Below are positions 13,145 to 26,502 of a DNA stretch of 64,000 bases, one piece after another. A model generated the notes under the pieces. That model was not told the DNA's origin. It searched no databases and saw nothing but the letters and a program-made list of their open reading frames with translations. Origin of the DNA: Octopus bimaculoides (taxonomy: Eukaryota); the NCBI RefSeq assembly GCF_001194135.2, contig NC_068981.1, positions 154,670,098 through 154,734,097 of the forward strand, in the 5' to 3' direction. A program made the translations under genes and the position numbers. Each line of letters opens with the position of its first letter. Position 1 is the first letter of the stretch.

Positions 13145-14343
13145 CAGGGGTTGGACAAAATAATGGAAACACCAAGCATCATAACATCATAATTTTGAAA
13201 TATCTATAAAACCATCAAATGCTTGTTTATTTTTATGATTTTTAATTTATTATTAGTGTTGCTTAATATGTTTTGCTAAAATTTCAGACATCATCAGAAA
13301 AAGGTAATTGAAATTCATTAAAATGACAGATCTATTGGGCTTTCAAAGAGGTCAAATTGTTAGTACTTGTATGGCAGGCACTAGCATAATGAAGACATCC
13401 AAAATGTTTGGTGTATCAAGAAGTACTGTCTCGAAAGTAATGACAGCTTTTGAGAAAGAGGGAAAAACCTCCTCGTTGAAACAAAACTCCGAATTGTTAC
13501 GCGAATTGTTAGAAAGGATCACAAAAGTACAGCTTCCAAAATTACTGCAGAAATTAATGACCACCTCAAGAACCCAGTTTCCACAAAAAGTGTTCACCAG
13601 GAGCTGTATAAAGCCGGATTTCATGGGAGGGCTGCAATCAGAAAACCACTACTTTCAAAAACAAACATTGCAAAGCATTTAGAGTGGAATAAAAACCTAC
13701 AGAATTGATCCCTAGAGCAGTGGAAGAATGTTATTTTCTCGGATGAGTCATCCTTTACCTTATTTCTGACCACTGGCCAAGTATATGTGTGGAGTCAGCC
13801 AAAAGAAGCATTTGACCCGGACTGCCTTCTTCCAACTGTTAAACATGGAGGCGGATCTGTGATTATCTGGGGGGGTTATATCTTGGAAATCAACCGGCCC
13901 AATAGTTTCCCTTCATGGCAGAATTAATAGTCAAGATCATTTAAGCATTTTATCTGATCAAATTCATCCCATGGTTGCGGAACTGTTTCCATAGGGAAAT
14001 GCAATCTTTCAAGATGATAATGCACCAATTCACAGAGCTAAAGTTGTTACTGAATGGCATGAGGAACATTCTAGTGAAGTTGAACATCTTATCTGGCCAT
14101 CACAGTCCGCAGATCTCAATATCATTGAACATTTATGGTGCATTTTAGAAAAACAAGTAAGGAGTCAATATCTTCCACCATCATCACTACAAGAACTGTT
14201 TCCTTTGGAAACAATTCAAACTTTGTATGAGTCCATACCTCATAGAATTCAAGCTGTAATTACTGCCAACGGTGGTCCTACCCCATATTAAAATAAATTT
14301 GTTTGAAGTTTTAAGGTGTTTCCATTATTTTGTCCAACCCCTG
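13145..14343 (+). mobile_element. Tc1-family DNA transposon, copy 1 (internally deleted, inactivated)
   Basis: Perfect 29-bp TIRs caggggttggacaaaataatggaaacacc with TA TSD. Motifs FQRGQIV, VIFSDES, TVKHGGGSV, FQDDNAPIH, SADLNIIEHLW. Contains frameshifts and deletions. Confidence 0.97.
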
Positions 14344-14620
14344 TATGTCTGCAATGCATGCAGGACAACAATAGATGATTCTTCACATTCGTCTCTTGAT
14401 TTTCATCTGTAATTTGAATGCATCACAACCAAAGTTGTGTTATATAGTAGACATTATGATTGGCTGTTATTGATTAATAAATGAACTAAGCCCAAGTTTA
14501 AAATATTTAACTCTGTATTTTGCAAGACATGAACTAAATCACATTGCAGTATTATCAACCAAAAATATTTTGTACTTCAAAATTGTTTTGTTAAAAACAG
14601 AAATAATGATAAGTTCTATT

Positions 14621-14694
14621 TCTCTCATGTAACATCATTGAAAATACTGCCATGGAATCTCTCATGTAACATCATTGAAAATACTCCCATGAAA
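14621..14694. repeat. 37-bp tandem duplication (2 copies)
   Basis: tctctcatgtaacatcattgaaaatact starts at 14621 and again at 14658. Confidence 0.9.
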
Positions 14695-14835
14695 TCTGCT
14701 AAGTAATTCAAGTCAAACTATCTCACACTATTATGTCTTACATTAAGTTTAATTAATGATAGCAAGCACTAAAAAGCAATCATGTAAGTTTGAAAGGACC
14801 TGTAGCATAGGACTTTAGGGAAATTCCTCTCTTTC

Positions 14836-15723
14836 TGTTATATATACGTAATTACGGACGTAGTAGATAACAGCTAGCCTTCGGCCACCCTTTTGGACCC
14901 TGTTGTATCCACTACTCTGATTGGTTGGTATTGATGCAATTTGTTTCTTGCTCTATTGCGCACCAAGATGCAACCCAACCAATCACAGCCTTCAGAAAAG
15001 GTCACGTGAGACAGTCTCTTCTCTAGGTCTTTTGGTTTTGAGGTCTAGCCACTGACCACAGGGCACACAGCCAGTTCCAGCGATGACACAACAGCAGCCA
15101 CATGGAGACTCATCAACACTTCATCCACGCAGCATTTGTCCTAACATTAACATCATCTCTCTACGTACACACCAACCAGCAACACTCGCACAGGCTCTAT
15201 CTCAACACTGTTTGTGAATTACTTCACCATGGTTAACAGCAAATACGACCTACGACAACCTTCTGTAACAAGAGACTGGCTCTGCATCGTAGCCACAACT
15301 TCTTATATGACCGTACCTCAACCGGCTCTGCATTGCAGCTACAACTTCTTGATACAGCATCTCAATTATTGTGTACATTGACTACGAACTGGTATTTATC
15401 ATCCTTGTGTCTGAACATTCTTCTAACGTCATATTGTAGACTCTTTCAATGCTCTGTACTTATCGCACACGCATACATCCATGTTTGTGCACAAACACAT
15501 TGTATACATGACGGCCTATCTATTATTATGTTCATATGACGCACACACAGACACACATGTTAACCTATCAATAAAATCTTCTCTTAAACATTCTACCCCA
15601 GTTGTGCCTCTCTTTTCCTTCTGGTACTTATGCTCATTTATCCTTTATCATATTTATTGTATTGACCGTGCGACATACTAAAAGAGCCATTCTCGTCACC
15701 TCTCCTTCACACGGTCGTTTACA
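14836..15723 (+). mobile_element. Probable solo LTR (about 890 bp)
   Basis: Starts tgtta and a candidate end is ttaca. CpG-richer than the flanks. Inverted CCAAT pair (14917-14928, 14975-14985), CACGTG at 15003-15008, AATAAA at 15570. No matching TSD found. Confidence 0.45.
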
Positions 15724-18282
15724 GACCCTTTAGTCTTGCTGAAGACAAGATACCTCTCAAGTACAAGTTTCACAACAAAAAAACCCCCAAAACCCATTAT
15801 GCAAAGTGATTGGTATTAGGCTAGGTATCCAACCATAGAAACCAAGCTAAAAATTAAACGTTTGTGAGATGAGGTTTTCTGACTATAAGCTAACACCAAC
15901 TATGGAGACCTGTCTTGCCCAAGATAGCATGGAAAGTAGACCTAAAACGATGGTGGTGGTAGTGGTGGTGATGGTAATGAATATGATGATGATGGTGTCA
16001 CAATATAAGCATAAAATAAGAATGAAATATGATTGAATTTGAGCAACTGTTAAAAGTTCACCACACAAGCTGTAAGATTTTAATCAAAATTAAAGATTAA
16101 AACACGGTGCTTGAAAATTTAATCAGTGTGTCAGTCATTGAGCAACACAGTTTAGCTATATCTTTATCTTTCACATACAAATGGTTCAATAAAACTGGCA
16201 TCAATATTGATGTTTCTCGAAAGCATTGTATTAGGCCTTACAATAGATGAATAAATAATACAAGTGACTCGAGTACTATTAAGACATCTTACAACATCGA
16301 TTGCTTGTAGCAGGCATCTACTATCAATCCTTTAGGAGGTTAAAGGTTTGTTCATTGATCTAGAAAGCATTCACGAAAGAATGCTACAGCCTCTGAAACA
16401 GAAGAAATATATTCTTTGTTGCAGTAAGGATGTATTGGCCCAAAACAAATTTTTTAGTAACTGCAGATGCAGCTTACAGGGGAAGAAAAAAAAAATTGCC
16501 AGTTGGTAAATTGAGCAAATTTCAAGAATGCTAGCCATTTGGAGAGGTAGATGCATGTATTAGTAACAAATACATGCAACAAAGCATTAGAATACAATTA
16601 TGTGCTTCCATATTGAATTCAATGTGATTTTTCTGGCTGTTCTGGCATCTAAACTAGCCAAACTTCATCATTTATTACAAGTAGCCAAATGGATTTTTCT
16701 AAATAGTTATAAATGGTATTAAAAATGAATAGAATAAGTCATAATAGCAAATGAATACTAAATTCTTCTAAAATAAAATAATGGGACTAACATAAAACCT
16801 GGAATATATTTTATTTCGGATTATTTCTATATGCATACAAAGCAACAGAATGCACTCAACTAAACACATTACAAAATTCAGTTTTATCATTGTTTGTTTT
16901 GAGTTCAAATTCTGTCAGAGTTAACTTAGCAATTCATCTCCCTATTGTTGAAATATTAAGTAAGTGTAATATAATTGGACTGATACAGTTGTCTATAACC
17001 TTTACATCAGAAATTGGCTTTGCACTTTATCAAAGAAAAGTCATTATTTATTTGACCCTGTTATTATTCAATACACATTGCATCAATGGTTTAGCAGTTA
17101 AGCATAGATTTATAATTAAGTTAGAGTTATGGAGTCTCTATGTACACTTGTAGTCAATTTCAAAACTGTATTTTCAATTTTTTCTAACACATTTATTAAT
17201 TTTTGGAGAGTATAAATAATATCAATGTGAAATTACAATGTGAAATAGCATACCATAAAAAATAAATTAAACAAAATACATACCATAAAAATGAGTTGAC
17301 AAACAAATTAAATAGTAGTAGTAGTAGTAGTAGTAGTTGTTGTTGTTGTGATTAATGCAGAAGAGAAATAAATGCATTGTAGTAAAAGGTGAGTTATAGT
17401 TATCATGTGCACAATACATTTAACTACATCATATATTTACCCCTCTATCTCTAATACAGTACAGGCTTCCCTACTTTCTCTAAGAATGCTTAAGTTTGGA
17501 AACATGTTCCTTTCTATCCTGTTTTAAGATATTATATTTTGTTGACATGTAGGCACTAGGTCAGTTCTGATAAAGCAGATCCACAGCACATGAATAGTTG
17601 ATTCAACAATTAGATGTGATACCTATATCAATATACTATTCCCCTAACATAGTATAGGACTATATTCATATTGTGCCCACTGACATGATGTGATTTATCA
17701 TCGTGGTGTAAAGTGTGAAAGTCTGAGTATGCTTCACTTTTCCCATTATCCACACTGTTTTTGCATACCTGCATATTCTGGTGGCAGTTACAATGGAAGC
17801 AGACAAGATAAACTCGGTCTGAACGCAACAACTGGTGTTTCTGTTGTTCTTATCATGGATGTTGTGCATTTCTTTTAGTGCTAAATATGGTGACAGACAC
17901 TTCTAATTTTTGTTTGTATCAACTGAGCAGGAGGAATATCATTGTCGTTTAACGTCCACTTTCCGTGCTGGCATGGGTTGGACGGTTTAACTGAGGACTG
18001 GTGAGCCAGAAGGCTGCACCAGGCTCAATCTGATCTGGCAAAGTTTCTACAGCTGGATGCTCTTCCTAACGCCAACCATTCTGAGAGTGTAGTGGGTGCT
18101 TTTACATGCCACTGGCACGAGGGCCAATGCTACTGTAGTGTTCTGGGATATTGTAGTGTTTGAGTGTTTGGGGGTGATTGTACAGGCAGTGGTAACTTCT
18201 GTGTGAGTTGGAATTTATTGCATCAACAGGCTGTAACTCTCACATGTTTACATGGTTTTACAGTTTCAGTTTGTTTTGTGTG

Positions 18283-18350
<68 letters not shown>

Positions 18351-19139
18351 TCATTTGTGTATCTTCTTATGCAACCTGGGGGAGATTTGAAGAACAAAGA
18401 AATTTGTTAGAAGCAATGATAGTTACCAAACTGGTGCCTGTGAGGTCTCCAAGTATTTTTGAGCATCATCATGCTGGTTTTACTCATGAACATGTATATA
18501 ATTTGTGGTATTGTATCTTCTGTGTGTGCATGATGCTATATTGCTAAATGTGATGCTTGGTTTTATTTGATGTTGCTGGTATGAGGGTAGCTGCTGTTAT
18601 AGTTTGTCTGAAATGAAATTTCTATATTGCTATGCAGTTGGTGTAGAGTTGAAGTAATGTTACTGTGTCAGGGGAATAGTAGGAAGATATAACTGTAAGG
18701 TCATCTGTAGTTGAAACCATGTGTAGGTTTTGTGAAGATATATGCAACAAAAGCATGAATCAGTGAACAAAAGCCAGTAAGATGATGTAACAAATGAAAT
18801 ATGAACCATATCAGGCTATGGATGACTTAGTCTTTCCTCTCAGAAATACTTTTAAATAATCTTTTTTTCTGAATTAGTAGGAGAGATTTTCAAAGATAGA
18901 ATAATTTAAAATGTTGACATACAATTTGGCTCATGTTGAATTTCCAGATAGCATACTTCAAAATATTTTGAAGTGCACCATCTAAGAAATCAAAGATTTC
19001 CCTGGGATGTAGTTTGCTAGGCAACATTTTGTGTTGTCATTTACCCAGAATAGACTGTGACTGATCAGACCCAAAACATTCTAACAACAATTAACCTATT
19101 TTTTTGCAGGCATAATGTAACTATGAATGCATTATCCAA

Positions 19140-19178
<39 letters not shown>

Positions 19179-19543
19179 TCACAAAGGTAGTAGGTTATTT
19201 AAAGAGATTTGAATGCTATTTCTAACAGGTTGAATGCTTGTGTAGAAGCCCATTCATTGACTCCCATGTGTTTTGTGGTGCTAGAATCTATAGTTGCTTA
19301 ACCTGTGGAGATTCCATCACTAACTCTCAAACCACACCTTATCGCTTTAAAAAAAAATAACACTGGGTAATTCAATACTTGATACATTTACATGAAAGTA
19401 AAAAGAAAAGATGGGATGGTCCTAGTTGGAATATAAGTCAAACAATGATATACTTTAGTTTAAAGCAATGATGAAAGGTTGGTCACACCTTCCTTTCTTT
19501 CTCATTAACAGGTATTTTTCTTTTCTTCTTCTTTGAATAGCTT

Positions 19544-19585
<42 letters not shown>

Positions 19586-20444
19586 TCTTTCTTTCACAAG
19601 CTTACTTAGTTTGATGTCTAATGAACATGCAGAAGCATCACACAACTGGTTTTACAATATATATATATGTATATTTTCCAGTATGATAAAAGAAGGTGAT
19701 GGGGAGATATAATAAATCTGGCTGTATGTCAACATTTTGAATTATTGTATATTTGAAAATTTCTACCACTAATTGAGAAAAAATTTGTTTAAAAGTTATT
19801 TAAGACAGTAAAGACTAAGTAATCACCCATAGCCTGGTTTGATTACTGTTACATTTGGCTTGTTAAATGCTTGTAATTGGAAGAACATGCCTGGAAGTTC
19901 TAGTTCAACTAATTACGTGGTTCTTTCTCTGAAGTTATATTGGTCAAAGTTTGAAAATAATGATAAAATTTCAACAGCGGCATTTACTTCTTCCTCAAGA
20001 ATGAAATTACATATTTGTATGACAGAGGTATGACCACTTAAACTGTGCATAAGTATTTTACTAATATTTATGTGAGATGGATAAAATCGAAATTTGAAGG
20101 GCAAAGTCAACATTGTTTGGTCTTGTGTGACTGAAATCTACACAGTTGCTCAACCTGTGGAGATTCCAACATCACTAGCCCTCAAATCACACCTTATCAT
20201 TTTAAAAAAGAATCACACTGGGTAATTCAATACTTGAGACATTTACATGAAAGAAAATTTTCAAAGAAACAGGTATAACTAAATTATTTTTAATTTGTAA
20301 AGTATGATTTCTGCTAACTTAATCTAGTCTATAATACTGTGTAATACTGTCTGCTAGCATTAACTCTTCTCTTACCATATTTCTGCTGAAATACACTGCC
20401 TTTGAAATGAAGAACTTAGTAAGATATCTGTCATTATTAAGCTG

Positions 20445-20634
20445 GTATTTAAGGCAGTGAGCTGGAAAATCATTACCGCATCTAACAAAAGTGCTTAGTG
20501 GCATTGCACCTGTCTTTAAGTTCTGAGTTCAAATGCTTCTGGGGTTGATAAAATAAGTACAAGTTGAGCAGTAAGATCAATGTAATCAACTTAGTTCCTC
20601 CCCGAAATTGCCAGCCTTGTACCAAAATTTGAAA
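20445..20634 (+). mobile_element. SINE with 14-bp target-site duplication
   Basis: Family body agctggaaaatc...gagttcaaat...gataaaataagtac...aaaatttgaaa. Flanked by tcattattaagctg at 20431 and 20635. Confidence 0.8.
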
Positions 20635-21335
20635 TCATTATTAAGCTGACATTTAGAACATAAACTAATGCAGTATTTTGGTTTGATTGAGTTCAGGGAT
20701 ATTATAGAATGAAGGACAGACTCAGGCAAGCTGGAATTGAAATGATAACCAGAAATACATACATTTTGCTGGAAGGGAGTGTAACTGATTTAATCAATTC
20801 TAACACTTGACTGGTACTTTATTTTATTGATCCTAGAGAATTGAAAAGTAATTTGAACTCAGAATGTAAAGAACCATTACTAAAGATTGTAAGACAGTTC
20901 GACTGGCACTCTATTACCCTAACCCTATCAATAATGTTAATTGACTAATATCAATGATTCCATAAAATAAGAAGATAAGCACACGTTTGGCCATGTGACT
21001 GAAACTTGCATCCCAACCACATGGTTTCAAGATCAGTTTTACAGTTTGGCACCTTTGTATGTGTATGTGTATGTACACACACACTTATGTGTGTGTGTGT
21101 CTCCCTCCTTGTTTTGACACAACACGATAGTTGTAAATGAGCATCACTATCATACAATTGGTGTCTCTCAATTCCTATTTTTCATGAAAACATGTCCAGC
21201 CATAGGAAAATATTACCTTGCTTGGAAACAGTTAAGGGTTGGTGGCAGGAAGGGCATTTGGCAGTAGAAAATTTGCCTCAACGAATTCCACATGCATACA
21301 TGAAAAATTGGATACAAGAATTAAAATGTAATGTG

Positions 21336-21692
21336 NNNNNNNNNNNNNNNNNNNNNNNNNNNNNNNNNNNNNNNNNNNNNNNNNNNNNNNNNNNNNNNNN
21401 NNNNNNNNNNNNNNNNNNNNNNNNNNNNNNNNNNNNNNNNNNNNNNNNNNNNNNNNNNNNNNNNNNNNNNNNNNNNNNNNNNNNNNNNNNNNNNNNNNNN
21501 NNNNNNNNNNNNNNNNNNNNNNNNNNNNNNNNNNNNNNNNNNNNNNNNNNNNNNNNNNNNNNNNNNNNNNNNNNNNNNNNNNNNNNNNNNNNNNNNNNNN
21601 NNNNNNNNNNNNNNNNNNNNNNNNNNNNNNNNNNNNNNNNNNNNNNNNNNNNNNNNNNNNNNNNNNNNNNNNNNNNNNNNNNNNNNNNNNNN
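21336..21692. other. Assembly gap. Others at 8680-8689, 26027-26435, 35632-35644, 37451-37460, 41138-41147, 42953-43116, 43518-43527
   Basis: Runs of N, mostly abutting microsatellites. Confidence 1.
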
Positions 21693-21724
<32 letters not shown>

Positions 21725-22509
21725 GATGAGCTCTCACATGATTTCCATCTGCAAAATTTCAATCATAAGGTATTGATCAACCTGAAGCTACTGAAGATAG
21801 CTTTGATAGAAAGTGCCCTGCGGTGTGTTTGGACTAAGCACCACTAGTTTGTGAAACAAACTTCTTTTTAACCACCCAGTGTACTTGTGCCCAATGAAGA
21901 TGTATTCAATACAGAGTTATGCACTACCTAAACTTCAATATGTTAAGCTTCTCCATGGTCCTTTTCACATTATTCATTATTTAATTCAGTGTTTTTTCAG
22001 TCAGAGTGATTGCAGTTTCTTGAGATGCTATTCACAACATTAGGGAGTGTCACTAATTCAATATATGGTTTAGAACATTGATTAAATAAATAATGAGGCT
22101 GCAATAAAGAACTAACGAGGACTGTCATAGATTACAGTGTATGATATAATACAGATGTCATTGAAAGAAAAACTGTTTTAGACTAACTATTAGCTTTAAA
22201 TTTGTATAGATTTATTTTCCAATGAAACTGTTGGACCTGAATGTATTGATTCTAATAACTTGCTAAGCATTGTAAGTAAAATCTAAATAACAAAATGGAA
22301 ATATTACATTTTAAAATATCTGCGTACATTATTACTAAGTGGCATAATTGAAATTAACTTCAACTACAGAAACTATACAGCTGACTTGAAATTGAATTAT
22401 AATACTGCAGAATATAATACAAGGAAAATATCTTTAATAGCACCGCCACATGATTCAGTATCATAAAAGAACTTGAGATGAAAAAATACATAACACACAC
22501 ACATATATG

Positions 22510-22559
<50 letters not shown>

Positions 22560-22999
22560 TTTCTATTCAAATCCATTAAGCCTTTCAGGAGTGGCATGCA
22601 ACATGAACTAAACTCTATAGACAATTGAAATACTGTGTAATGCATCATTGCATTATACATTTAATTAACATTCAGTCAACCTAGATTTGTCTCTTTGCAA
22701 GTCTTCTCATAACATAGCAGTAGTATAATTGAACGAAAACGCTAAAACATTTTTTAAATTAAAAATTTTACACACACACACAGACAATATGTGTATGTAC
22801 ATATAAATACATATATATATATATATATACATACACACACATGTATACATATATGTGTGTATGAGCGTGTATATGTCTGTGAGTGTCAGAGCATGTGTGC
22901 ATGTGTGTGTATGTATGGTGGTGGTGGTGTATGTGTTTTTGTGTCTGTGTATATAACCATATATCATCCACATGTAATCCAGACACTGCACACCAAACT

Positions 23000-23640
23000 C
23001 ACATTGATTCTATGAATAGAGACCTCGAAAGCATCTTCCAATCAGGCTATGCTCATCTTGTTTCTTTCAATAGCAAGAAAACACAAACGCACTTCCAGTT
23101 AAGCAGGAGCAGTATGAAATTATTTGCTTTAATTGTTGGGTTACAGTATATTGGGGATTTCTCCTAGTGAAAGCATATTCTTAACATAACAAGGTCAGTA
23201 TCCCAGAGACTTCCTTCTCTTCATGGTCAGAAGATGCTTCAGCCTTCAATAATTGACATTTTAGAGAAATTAGGTGTGCCCTCAATGGAATACTCCTCCT
23301 GTATCTTGGATGCTGCTGCTGCTGCTCACAGTCATGAACATGGATCATATCCAGAAAAGGGCCAGCCAACTGACAGATATAAAATTAAAGACATGCTCTA
23401 GCTTCAGGCCCACAGGATCATATCTTCTCTATTGGGCTTTTCTACTACTACTACTACTACTATAATAGCCTCTGTATTTCAAAGTTGGATAGTCACACCC
23501 CATTACCACTCAGATATTCATGAACCACACATCTCTTGTCCTCTCATCAACCTTGTTGAGTCCAACCTCCTATATCATACTCTAACCACTACACTCACTC
23601 CTTCAATTCCCAGATAATTAGTGCTCTAGATTTCCCTCCC
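23000..23640 (+). mobile_element. Decayed CR1/Jockey-like LINE, RT C-terminal remnant
   Basis: Translations NRDLESIFQSGYAHLVSFNSKKTQ, a PSMEYSS-like segment and MDHIQKRASQL resemble DLxxIxxWxxxNLVxFNASKTQ and LDxIQKRA. Confidence 0.65.
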
Positions 23641-24403
23641 TACTTATGCCTTTCCTAGAGATGCTGACTTGCAATGGTTCAAAAGGACAATAACAGCATT
23701 GGTCCCATTAGCCTCAAAGGGTCTGCAAAACCATGAAGGCTGCCCCTTTCCCCAGATGTAGCAAGTGTATGCATGTGTGTGTGTGTCTGATTGTGTGTGT
23801 GTGCATGTGTGAGTTTTCCTTTGTGATTGTCCCACCACCATCACTGGACAACTGCTGTTAGTTTGTTTATGTCCCCTAAATATATATGCATATGTATATA
23901 TGTAGGTGAGTGAGTTTATAGGCCCTTTTCAGCCAATTTACTCATCTGTTTCACACATGAGTGCTTAGTTAGGAAAATCTCAGCACTCATCAAATAAGGT
24001 GGTAGAAAAAATATCGTGCAGGCTCTTTGGCACTGAAGATTAGAAAGTGTTACATCTGGTTTGTCATCATCATCATCATCAACATTTAATGTCTGCTTTC
24101 CATGCTGGCACAGGTTGGATGGTGTGCCAGCAAACCAGCAAGCTGCAAGCCTGCATCAAACTCCAATATCATCTTTGTCATGGTTTCAATGGCTGGATGT
24201 CCCTAATATCAATCACTTTACAGGGTGTACTCGGTACTTTTTATGTGTCACCAGCACTGGTGAGATTTCCATGAAAACTTACAAGACATAAAAGAACGTT
24301 TATGTTCTTGATGCAGTCAACCAGTATCTAAGGACATATCTGTGTTCATGAGGACAGGTTCAGAAAATTTCATTTTCCTTTCTGGGATTTTTCCCATAGT
24401 ACA

Positions 24404-25708
24404 CCAGGTTGTGTCACAAGTTTTTAAAACATTTTTACTGATGATTTTTGGCAACTTATATCTTGATGTTATATCATTAACTTGATACAACTTGTTGCCT
24501 GATTATTGCTGAACTGTTTATCTTTTATTTTCGTATATAACATACAAACATTAGATTTTTTCATATATAACAAACAAACATTATTTTTTTTACAGCTTTT
24601 ATAATGAGTAGTGAAAAAATTGCAACTAGAGCGATTTTATGCTACCTGTGGAAGAAAAAGAAAAGCCTGAGTGCAAGGGCAGTATCAAAAGAAATTAATG
24701 ATGTGGAAGGCCCAGGAACTGTCAATGAACATGTGGCACAAAACTGGTTCAAATGTTTCAAAGAAAGTGACACCAGCCTTGAAGACAAACCAAGATCAGA
24801 CCTTCTGTTGTGTAAGATGAGGCTTTACTTGAAATGGTTGAACAACAGTCAAGCACAAGCACTCATACATTGTCAGCAGGACTTGGCCCTCCATGAAGCA
24901 ACATCAGTTGACACCTCCATAAGCTAAGCCTTGTGAACAGACGCTGTCGAGAAGCTCCTCATGAACTGACCAATGACCAGGCTCATGTGAACATTTGCAA
25001 ACAATGGCTGGCAAATCCTCAAGATGCCTGTTTTTGTCATCAAATTGTAACTGAAGATGAAAAATGGATCTATTTTCATAATCCTAATGAGGGAAATCAG
25101 TGACTTCATTCTGGTCAAGCTTCAGAACCTATCATCTATCAAAGGCAGTTTGAACAAAAGGTCATGTTGTGTGTTTGGTGGAATTTTGAGGAGATGTTGC
25201 ACTTTGAGCTTGTCCCATATGGTCATGTGAATGCTAACCTTTATGCTCAACAACTGCAGTGAGTATCTGATTCTTTGAAAGCCTGCTACCTGTCACTGAT
25301 CAATTGAAGATGTGCACTCCTACAGCATGACAATTCCCCAGCACACACTGCCAATGTGACAAAGTGCAAACTTGAAGAACATGACAGGCTGGAAGTGCTG
25401 CTTCACCCTACCTACAGTCCAGACCTTGCACCATCAAATTACCACCTTTTCTGTGACATGACTCATTTCCTGCATGGCTGGAGGTTCAGCAATGTGAATG
25501 AGGTTGAAGATGGGTGCAGGAAGTTTTTTGCCTTTAAACTAGCCAAATGGTATAAGCATGGAATTGAGCTTCTGGTACAATGTTGGCAACAGACAATAGA
25601 ATATGATGATATATATTTTAAAGAGCAAATGCTTTTCCTATGTAATTTGTTTGAACTATTAATTTTAATTAAAGCTTGAAATATGAGAAAACTTTCGGCT
25701 CAACTTGG
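24404..25708 (+). mobile_element. Mariner DNA transposon, inactivated (second subfamily)
   Basis: Degenerate TIRs ccaggttgtgtcacaagtttt and ccaagttgagccgaaagtttt (reverse complement). Motifs AQNWFKCFKESDTSLEDKPRS, IVTEDEKW, QHDNS, HPTYSPDLAPSNYHLF. Confidence 0.92.
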
Positions 25709-25979
25709 TATTTTGTTCCAGATTTTTTGCAACTGCAAATCAGACGCAACACTTCCAAACCTTCACTGTCAAAGTGCCTGCGCTATACTTTTTCTACCAG
25801 TTACTCTAATGAGTGCAGAGGTTGGTTTTCCCAAACTCTTGTGTATGAAACTGATTGGTAAAAATGGCTGAAATTGGTCTATAATATTGTTTTGTATAAA
25901 TAATTAATATACTCAGTCTATTGACAAATATATACTGACAAATTTCTTCTGACTCATAGATTCTTAGAGGAATGAATGT

Positions 25980-26026
<47 letters not shown>

Positions 26027-26434
26027 NNNNNNNNNNNNNNNNNNNNNNNNNNNNNNNNNNNNNNNNNNNNNNNNNNNNNNNNNNNNNNNNNNNNNNNNNN
26101 NNNNNNNNNNNNNNNNNNNNNNNNNNNNNNNNNNNNNNNNNNNNNNNNNNNNNNNNNNNNNNNNNNNNNNNNNNNNNNNNNNNNNNNNNNNNNNNNNNNN
26201 NNNNNNNNNNNNNNNNNNNNNNNNNNNNNNNNNNNNNNNNNNNNNNNNNNNNNNNNNNNNNNNNNNNNNNNNNNNNNNNNNNNNNNNNNNNNNNNNNNNN
26301 NNNNNNNNNNNNNNNNNNNNNNNNNNNNNNNNNNNNNNNNNNNNNNNNNNNNNNNNNNNNNNNNNNNNNNNNNNNNNNNNNNNNNNNNNNNNNNNNNNNN
26401 NNNNNNNNNNNNNNNNNNNNNNNNNNNNNNNNNN

Positions 26435-26502
<68 letters not shown>

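Noticed and set aside
15060-15130. Minus-strand peptide SLHVAAVV, resembling the inversin HAAAVNG motif
   Set aside because: It lacks NGDK, reaches a stop with no donor site, and lies inside the LTR-like block.
17769-17880. Minus-strand exon-like segment (tttAG ... GTATGC) with open frame LKEMHNIHDK...
   Set aside because: It ends in phase 2, which is incompatible with the phase-1 inversin exon, and has no similarity to inversin.
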